A stretch of DNA of 64,000 nucleotides from contig CBDAOB010000005.1 of NCBI GenBank assembly GCA_965197905.1, positions 864,001 to 928,000 of the forward strand, written 5' to 3'. The DNA comes from Candidatus Latescibacterota bacterium. Its GTDB lineage: Bacteria; Latescibacterota; UBA2968; UBA8231. A program made the position numbers and the translations under genes. The stretch's first letter is position 1, and each line of letters begins with the position of its first letter. Below are positions 39,587 to 46,360 of the stretch, in pieces. The notes beneath the pieces were generated by a model. It did not search any database and was not told the DNA's origin. It worked only from the letters and a program-made list of their open reading frames with translations.

Positions 39587-42500
39587 TCAAGCATTCGGAG
39601 GCAGTCCAACAAATTGACGACTGTAGGCATCCAGCAGGGGATCGGACTCGCGTTTGTCGGCGGCGCGTGCGAAGACGACTCCGGGGCAGTTCGCCCGCCG
39701 TGCTCGCGGCAGCAGACCGTAGCCGGAAGGCAGCGCTCGTTCACCCGTTCGCTCCAACTCAAACATCTCTCCCATCACCTCGGCAATGCCCCGTCGAGCT
39801 CCCACGACTCGGGCAAACGCCTCGTGCGGTTCTAACCCCTGCCGCCAACCGTGTCGCGTGGGCACGGTCCTGCCATCGATGTCGGTCGTCGCGATATTCG
39901 GGCCGATCAGCTGGAGGAGCTGCATCGTGTTACCCCTCGCTCCGCTCTTGCAAAGCAGGTTCAGCGGCCCGAATTCGTCGTCGTCGATCTCGTCGCATCT
40001 CGCCAACCAATGCAACGCTTCATCGGTGTAGGACTCCCATTGGTCCCGGTCGTCCTCCTCCGGTGGCGAGGGAAGATCCAGGCTAGTGCCGACGAATGGA
40101 TTCATCGACAGACCAAGGGTTTTGGCTTCTTCGAACCCGCGACGCATCAGGCGTTCGGAGGTCGTAAGGGCCTCCTCCACACCTTTGCGCTCGACCATCT
40201 CGCGCAGCGCATCGACAAGCGGCCGGCGTGTGATGAAGGCGGCACCCTTCTCGATTTTCATGCCGGGGAGTTTTTCGATCTCAGCATGGCCTTCCGGTGT
40301 CATACTCAAGCTGGCCAGTCCCACAACGGCATCCATTCGCGGATCCAGGGAGCTGATCAATTCGGGATTCCGCTCAACCACGGCGCGGATAGATAAGCGC
40401 TGCTCCGCCTCGAGCTGCCCAGCTTTGGTGATCGGGAGAAAAACCGCCATCTGGTCGCCGTCGAAATCCGCGTTCATCAACTCGCAAGCAAGCGGAGGTA
40501 GGCGCAGCGCCCGTCCCGGACACCGAACCGGTCGGAAAGCGAGAAAAGAGGAAATAGGGGAAAGCACCCATCCTGTGTAGACAGTCACCCACGAACCCGC
40601 CAGGAGTTGGTCGAGGGATTCTTCCAGCTCGGGCGTCGGCCTGGTGGGTGCGGTCGAGGGTACGGTTTCGCGAGCGAGCAGCGGGCCGAACAGGGTCCAG
40701 CAGATCTCTTCGGGAAGGCCGATCTGATCGTAGTGCAGTTCAGGCCCAGGGGTGGTAACAGTTCGTCCACTGAACAAGACACTGGCGTTGGGAAGCAAAT
40801 CCTTGGGTTTGACAACCGCATTCAAATAGGCGCCGAGCATCTCTTCGAGGTGTGTCTGCGCACTTTCTATCAAGGCCTTTGGGGCGCTGCTGTCGACCAT
40901 CTGTTGAAGGCGAGAATTGGCCGACTCCAGCTCGGCGTATTCCGGCAGCTCCTCAAGTTGCCCGACCCTCTTCAAACGGTGTTGGCGGAACCATGGGTGA
41001 GGAACGGGAAGCGCAAACTGCAAGCAGGGATTCGGTGGCGACTGGAAGGTCAACCGCAGACATTCCTGTTCGAGGGCAACCTGGATTCCCGCGATCTCCA
41101 GGCGCTGGACGAGTCTTGTAAACGACGGTGCAGGCGGACCTGCCTGTCGCAGCTCTCCCTTGCCGACCTTTTCCGCCAGCGTCTCGGATCCGTCGCGCTC
41201 CGCGGCGCAGGTGTTGAAGAGCTCAGACGCGGTCTCGAGCGCGCCGATGTTCGCCAGCATACCATATTCGTTGGCGCCAACCGTTTGCGGCCGGCCATCT
41301 CCAACCGAGGCATGTATCTTGCCGCGCACATCGTGGATCGTGCGGCCCCAGTAGACCCATCCCGCGGTGCTTGGGCGTTGTAGTCTTTTACCGTTAACGG
41401 TAAGGGTTTCCATGCCGTCGCCGGATATTCCCGCTGTCGTCATTCGCTTGCGGAGCTCCTTCTCGCTCGGCGCCTGAAAAGGAGGCACGATCGCCGGTTT
41501 GCTTTCGGTCTTCGCGATACGACCCATCAACGCTTCCCGTACGACCCCAAAATTCATGCGGGATACCAGGCCGCAGACGCTGTAGATCAGGTCGATGGGG
41601 ACCCCGTTCAGGTGCGGCATCTCTACGTCCGGGAGGATGCACGAGACCACACCCTTCGATCCGTGCCGGTTGGAAATCTTGTCACCTACTTCGATTGGGT
41701 GAGGATCCTGGAAACGGGAAGCCGCCGATTCGCTGAGTACAATCGCATCTTCAAAGGTGTAGCCATCCCAGGAGATAAATGCGGTGAGCAGGTTCCGACC
41801 GCACCAGAATTCCGGGACATCAGGCTCCGCGCCGGTTTGGACCAGAGCCGGTTCTGGTTGCGCCTGGGGGGTCCACTGGCGCATCATATTGGCCCCCATC
41901 AGGAGCCGATTCCCGTCACTGTGTTCGAGAAACGGAATCGCGGAGGCGGACAAACCCAGGTTTGCCGCCGGCGTGTTCTCCACTATTTCCAGGCGACTGT
42001 CCCGAATCTCTGCCCCCTGTGCGATGGTGAGGATGCGTCCGACGTTGGGCCCTTCGGGGGTTTCGAAGGGGCAGGTGCGGCCGAAATGACCGGGGGTGAA
42101 GACCTTCTTGCGCTCAGGAATCGACACCCGGCGCAGATGTACTTGCCGAGATAACCAGTTTATTTCGACCAGTTCCTCACCAAGCTGCTGGAGGAATTCG
42201 CGAACCCAGTCGGTGATCGGTACCCATGCGGCAGCAAGGGTTTCCTCCCATTGCATCTCTTGCGGTGCGTCTCCCAGGCGCTGCTCAACAAAGTGGAACA
42301 ACTGCTCGCCCACACAGCGAATCTCAGCTCGATCGAGATCGTCCTCGGTGGCTTTCGGAGATACAACAAGCCACCGACCGTCCATCTCGAAAACCCCCTC
42401 GTCATTTGGCTCAGGCACATCGTCATGTTCCACCACGACCTCGCCGTCCTTTCCGCGCAGAACCACCTTGACCCGGCACCTATGATGTCCGGCTGCTTCG

Positions 42501-42610
42501 GTATGATATCCCACAAGTGGAATCCGCTCGCTCAGTAATTGCGGCAGCAGTTCCTGGATGAACCGATCCCACGAGGTTTTGTGCCAGGGTGCCCCGTAGC
42601 TCAACTTCAT
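39587..42610 (-). CDS. Miniaturised single-chain RNA polymerase beta-beta' (RpoB-RpoC) fusion-like protein, ~1007 aa
   Basis: Colinear RpoB motifs (HFGRTCPFETPEGPNVG, IPFLEHSDGNRLLMGANMMRQ, WDGYTFEDAIVLSE, GDKISNRHGSKGVVS, SRMNFG) then RpoC motifs (PVPHPWF, SGRTVTTPGP, NADFDGDQMAV at 40454-40474, SGARG, GARRGIAE); GGAGG RBS; ATG overlaps the sigma stop codon. Confidence 0.9.
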   Translation of the reverse strand: MKLSYGAPWHKTSWDRFIQELLPQLLSERIPLVGYHTEAAGHHRCRVKVVLRGKDGEVVVEHDDVPEPNDEGVFEMDGRWLVVSPKATEDDLDRAEIRCVGEQLFHFVEQRLGDAPQEMQWEETLAAAWVPITDWVREFLQQLGEELVEINWLSRQVHLRRVSIPERKKVFTPGHFGRTCPFETPEGPNVGRILTIAQGAEIRDSRLEIVENTPAANLGLSASAIPFLEHSDGNRLLMGANMMRQWTPQAQPEPALVQTGAEPDVPEFWCGRNLLTAFISWDGYTFEDAIVLSESAASRFQDPHPIEVGDKISNRHGSKGVVSCILPDVEMPHLNGVPIDLIYSVCGLVSRMNFGVVREALMGRIAKTESKPAIVPPFQAPSEKELRKRMTTAGISGDGMETLTVNGKRLQRPSTAGWVYWGRTIHDVRGKIHASVGDGRPQTVGANEYGMLANIGALETASELFNTCAAERDGSETLAEKVGKGELRQAGPPAPSFTRLVQRLEIAGIQVALEQECLRLTFQSPPNPCLQFALPVPHPWFRQHRLKRVGQLEELPEYAELESANSRLQQMVDSSAPKALIESAQTHLEEMLGAYLNAVVKPKDLLPNASVLFSGRTVTTPGPELHYDQIGLPEEICWTLFGPLLARETVPSTAPTRPTPELEESLDQLLAGSWVTVYTGWVLSPISSFLAFRPVRCPGRALRLPPLACELMNADFDGDQMAVFLPITKAGQLEAEQRLSIRAVVERNPELISSLDPRMDAVVGLASLSMTPEGHAEIEKLPGMKIEKGAAFITRRPLVDALREMVERKGVEEALTTSERLMRRGFEEAKTLGLSMNPFVGTSLDLPSPPEEDDRDQWESYTDEALHWLARCDEIDDDEFGPLNLLCKSGARGNTMQLLQLIGPNIATTDIDGRTVPTRHGWRQGLEPHEAFARVVGARRGIAEVMGEMFELERTGERALPSGYGLLPRARRANCPGVVFARAADKRESDPLLDAYSRQFVGLPPNA

Positions 42611-43203
42611 TCGAATTCCTCCCAGTCTATGCCGAGGGCTTTCCACCTTCTGCCGATCTCCCTGCGGCCGTAATGTAAGCGCGATTTTACGGTTCCCGGA
42701 GGTATGCCCAGTTCCTGGGCGACCTCCTTCACCTCCATCTGGGCGTCGTAGATCAAACGCATCACCTCTCGTTTGTCTTCCGGCAGGTCGTCCACGAGAT
42801 CCTGCAATCTATCGCGTACCTCCTTTCGTTCGAGCAGCGTGTCCGCACCAAGCGCAGCCGCATCGACCAACCACACCGGGACGTCGCTTTCATCCTCTTC
42901 AAGATCGAGCCCGGAAGCTTCCAGCGGCTGCTGGCGGCGGCGACGCACGGTGCGGATATGGTTGAGGGCCAGATTGGTGGCTATGCGGTAGAGCCACGAC
43001 AGCAACGATGAACCGCTCCACTGCGCGGAGTGCGACCAGACCCGTAGAAACAACTCCTGGAGCAGGTCTTCGGCCGCACCTCTGTCGCGCACCATCCGTT
43101 GCAGATGGCGAACTAGATCGGTGGAGTATCGTTGATGGAGCTCTTCGAACGCCTTTTCGTCCCGGCTTCGAATGCGCACCATGAGGTCATGGTCAGTGTC
43201 CAA
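42607..43203 (-). CDS. ECF-type sigma-70 family RNA polymerase sigma factor
   Basis: Region 2 AEDLLQELFLRVW...SWLYRIATNLALNHIR; region 4 LPEDKREV...EVAQELGIPPGTVKSRLHYGR; TTG start after AGGGAGG. Confidence 0.93.
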   Translation of the reverse strand: MDTDHDLMVRIRSRDEKAFEELHQRYSTDLVRHLQRMVRDRGAAEDLLQELFLRVWSHSAQWSGSSLLSWLYRIATNLALNHIRTVRRRRQQPLEASGLDLEEDESDVPVWLVDAAALGADTLLERKEVRDRLQDLVDDLPEDKREVMRLIYDAQMEVKEVAQELGIPPGTVKSRLHYGRREIGRRWKALGIDWEEFE

Positions 43204-43220
43204 ACAACCTCCCTACTGCT

Positions 43221-43249
43221 CATGACACCGAATGAAACGGAGGGGTTCA
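43221..43249 (-). promoter_or_regulatory. Candidate ECF (autoregulatory) promoter
   Basis: TGAACC-N17-GTCATG on the minus strand just upstream of the sigma RBS. Confidence 0.55.
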
Positions 43250-43274
43250 AAGAAAAATATAGTATGGTGGGTTG

Positions 43275-43320
43275 TTGACTCTCTGCCTGGCTGCAATATA
43301 TTGACTACTATAGGTAGTTA
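43275..43320 (+). promoter_or_regulatory. Sigma70-type promoter with adjacent palindromic operator for the TrmB-ilvE unit
   Basis: TTGACT-16 bp-TATATT followed by TGACTAC-TATAG-GTAGTTA inverted repeat. Confidence 0.5.
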
Positions 43321-43349
43321 ATAATCAGGCAAAGGAACTGCTCATTCAG

Positions 43350-44136
43350 TTGGGCTTGAGCGAATACGAAGCCGGAGCCTATCTCTCCCTCCTGAGCTGC
43401 CAACCAGCAACGGCATACGAACTTGCCAAGGTATCCGGCATCCCGAGCTCGAAAATCTATGAAACAGCCAACCGCCTGGTAGACAAGAAGCTTATCGAGC
43501 CGGTTACCGCCGATAGTGGACGCGGGCAACGCTACATCGCCGTGGGGGCCGAGGACTTTATCTCCATCAAACGCGAGGAGGTTGCGCGCCAGACAAACGT
43601 GCTTGAGCCTCTCCTGAAGGCCGCCAGCAACGGTATGGAAGCGGACTTTATCTGGCAACTGGACGGGGCCGACGGGCTCGAGGATAAAACGCGCCCAATT
43701 GATTCGGGAGGCAGAAGGAACCGTGTTGGCCTCCCTGTGGCAAGCCGAGTTCGATGCCTATGACGACGATCTGCAAGCCGCCGAGCGGTGGGGTGTCGGT
43801 CTCGCCCTGGTGCACTACGGCGCGCCCGCCAGGCGCTTGGGGGCAACCTTTCACCACCCCGTGGAAGAGACGATCCGGCAGGAACGGGGCGGGCGCGGCC
43901 TTACCCTCGTTGTCGATCAACGCTGCGTGGTCATCGCCACTTACTTCGACGACGGTCGCGTGGAAGGGGCCTGGAGCCGAAATCGGGCGTTTGTCTTTGT
44001 TGCCGAAGACTGCGTCCGGCACGACGTCTATATCACCAAGGTTACGGCAACCATGGATGACGATCTCAAGCGCAACTTCGGGGCGGACTACGAAAAACTG
44101 CGTGATGTGTTTCAAGCGGTGGAGCGGGAGTCGTGA
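43350..44136 (+). pseudogene. TrmB family transcriptional regulator, frameshifted near 43694-43696
   Basis: LGLSEYEAGAYLSLL...AKVSGIPSSKIYE wHTH in ORF 43350-43763; effector domain (LTLVVD...HDVYI) in ORF 43699-44136; removing one C joins them. Confidence 0.8.
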
Positions 44137-45029
44137 AAGCGTGCTGGCTGAACGGATCGCTCGTCGATCCGAATTTAGCCTCGGTTTCGGTCTTCGATCA
44201 TGGGCTGCTTTATGGTGACGGCGTTTTCGAGGGGATCCGCTTCTACGACAAGGTCCCGTTCCGTCTCGATGCACACCTTCAACGAGTCGAGCGCTCGGCC
44301 CGGGCGATCGCCCTCGAGATACGGTATTCGCGGACCGAGCTGGCCAGCGCCGTAGGCGAGACGGTCGCCGCCGCCGGCGAACAAGGTGGCTACATACGAT
44401 TGGTGGCGACCCGGGGTATCGGAACTCTGGGTGTCGATCCGCGATCCTGCCGGGTCGGAACGGTGTTCATTCTTGCCGACAAGCTCGAGTTGGCTGACCA
44501 GGCGGTGTATCGAAACGGAGCACGGGTCATTCTTTCAGCCACGCGCAGGCTCGGCGCCGACGAAATCGATCCGCGCATCAAATCGCTGAACTATCTGAAC
44601 CAGATCCTGGCGCGCATCGAAGCCAACCATGCAGGTGCGGACGAGGCCATCATGCTCAATCGTGCCGGGATGGTAGTGGAAGGTACAGCGGACAACGTGT
44701 TTGTCGTCGCCAACAACCGGCTGCTGACGCCGCCACTGTCAGACGGGGCACTGGATGGAATCACTCGTCAGGTGGTGTTCGAGCTCGCCGACAGACTTGC
44801 GATCCCCTGTGGGGAGGGGAGTCTCGCCCCCTACGACCTGTACAACGCGGATGAGTGTTTCCTCACCGGTACCGGAGCCGAGCTCATTCCTGTGGCGGAG
44901 GTTCAGGGCCGGCGGATTGGTAGGGGAGAACACGCAATCTTCGAACGCTTGCGGTCCGCTTACAGTGAACTGATCAAAGAAGAGACAACCTTGGATCTTT
45001 GCTCGAAAGATGCTACTGTTCTGTGTTGA
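44133..45029 (+). CDS. ilvE: Branched-chain amino acid aminotransferase (class IV PLP)
   Basis: DHGLLYGDGVFEGIR, IKSLNYL, EGTADNVF, LDGITR, ADECFLTGTGAE. Confidence 0.88.
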   Translation: MKACWLNGSLVDPNLASVSVFDHGLLYGDGVFEGIRFYDKVPFRLDAHLQRVERSARAIALEIRYSRTELASAVGETVAAAGEQGGYIRLVATRGIGTLGVDPRSCRVGTVFILADKLELADQAVYRNGARVILSATRRLGADEIDPRIKSLNYLNQILARIEANHAGADEAIMLNRAGMVVEGTADNVFVVANNRLLTPPLSDGALDGITRQVVFELADRLAIPCGEGSLAPYDLYNADECFLTGTGAELIPVAEVQGRRIGRGEHAIFERLRSAYSELIKEETTLDLCSKDATVLC

Positions 45030-45072
45030 TTCGCGAACAGCCGTGTCCTTAGAGAACAGGTCCAGCGTCATA

Positions 45073-46263
45073 TTGATTCGTACCCTCGCCGTCATCGTTC
45101 TACTCCTCGCGGCCCACCGCACGGCATACGCCGTCGAGCCGCCCCGAGAGCCCCGACACGAATTCACCTTCGTCGTTCTCGGCGACAGCCAGTTTCATCT
45201 TCCGAACACCTTCAACAGGCTGATCGACGAGATCGTACATCTCTATCCCTCGTTCGTCATTCAGGTGGGGGATATGATCAGCGGTTACGTCGAAGATCTG
45301 GACGAATTTCGCGCCCAATGGAAGCGGTTTCACGCCCAGATCGCTCCTCTCGGCGAGATTCCGTTCTACCCGGTTCCCGGGAATCATGACGTGCTCGATG
45401 CCAGTCACAAACCCGGCGGCGAAAAGATCTACAAAGAGGTCTGGGGCGACACCTACTACTCCTTCGATTATCGCAACGCGCATTTCATCATCTTGAACAC
45501 CGACGATCGCGATGGAAGCGAGATCACCGGGGAGCAACTGAATTGGTTAAAGAGAGATCTTGGAGGTGCGCGCAAGCAGGATCACATATTCGTCTTTTTC
45601 CACCGTCCGATCTATTCGCTCAAGAACGAGGAAGAGCTGCACAAGCTGTTTGTGGAACACGGGGTGATCGCTGTGATCTACGGACACAGGCATCACTTGC
45701 ACTACCGGGAGCGAGATGGCATTCCATACATGATGACGATGAGCGCGACGAAACTGAGTACCCCGTTTCCCCTCGAAGCAGGAAATATGCATCACATGTT
45801 GCTGGTTACCGTGCGCGACAACACCTTTCGCATTGCTGTCGTTAAGGCCGGATCGGTGCTGCCGCCCGACATCGTTACTCCCAAGGACAACAGCCGGCTA
45901 TACAATCTCCATCGGCGATTTTTCGAGGAGGAGGAAATCGCGTTCGAGAAGCTCCAACGAAAGGACGATGGCTATGAGGTCGTCCTTCGGGTGAACAACC
46001 TGTCCGATCAAGACCTGCTGGCATTCTTCGAATGGCAACTTCCAAATGCCCGCTGGTCCGTGGATCCATCAAAGGGGCGGCGGGTGTCATTGCCTGCTGG
46101 AACAGAAGAGCACCCGATAACCTTTCTCCTGCGGCGCGACAATCCTCATACCCCCGAGGCGTTCCCCTCCTGCGTTGCCAGCTTGTTGTACCTCACCTCC
46201 GCCGGCGACGTCGTCAAACTCGAACATACCTTCGAAATCCTCGCCGAAGTCGAAGAGCGGTAG
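45073..46263 (+). CDS. Secreted calcineurin-like metallophosphoesterase
   Basis: Signal peptide; LGDSQ, VGDMI, PGNHD, FFHRP, GHRH; start uncertain. Confidence 0.8.
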   Translation: MIRTLAVIVLLLAAHRTAYAVEPPREPRHEFTFVVLGDSQFHLPNTFNRLIDEIVHLYPSFVIQVGDMISGYVEDLDEFRAQWKRFHAQIAPLGEIPFYPVPGNHDVLDASHKPGGEKIYKEVWGDTYYSFDYRNAHFIILNTDDRDGSEITGEQLNWLKRDLGGARKQDHIFVFFHRPIYSLKNEEELHKLFVEHGVIAVIYGHRHHLHYRERDGIPYMMTMSATKLSTPFPLEAGNMHHMLLVTVRDNTFRIAVVKAGSVLPPDIVTPKDNSRLYNLHRRFFEEEEIAFEKLQRKDDGYEVVLRVNNLSDQDLLAFFEWQLPNARWSVDPSKGRRVSLPAGTEEHPITFLLRRDNPHTPEAFPSCVASLLYLTSAGDVVKLEHTFEILAEVEER

Positions 46264-46360
46264 CCCGCAACGCACCGTTGCCCTCGGGCTTGGCACTGTT
46301 CATTCCCGCCGTTTGTTTCGTGTTTATGGGGCATTCCCTGAGACCTCGTTTCATTGGCAC

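Noticed and set aside
39587..42610. The housekeeping rpoB/rpoC, or a decayed pseudogene of them
   Set aside because: Far too short and divergent, and not in the ribosomal-protein/rpoBC context. It is one intact 3-kb frame with clean domain-scale deletions, an RBS and preserved catalytic motifs, which random decay would not give.
39587..43203. Prophage-encoded RNA polymerase
   Set aside because: No phage structural, replication or integrase genes nearby; flanks are metabolic genes with the same GC
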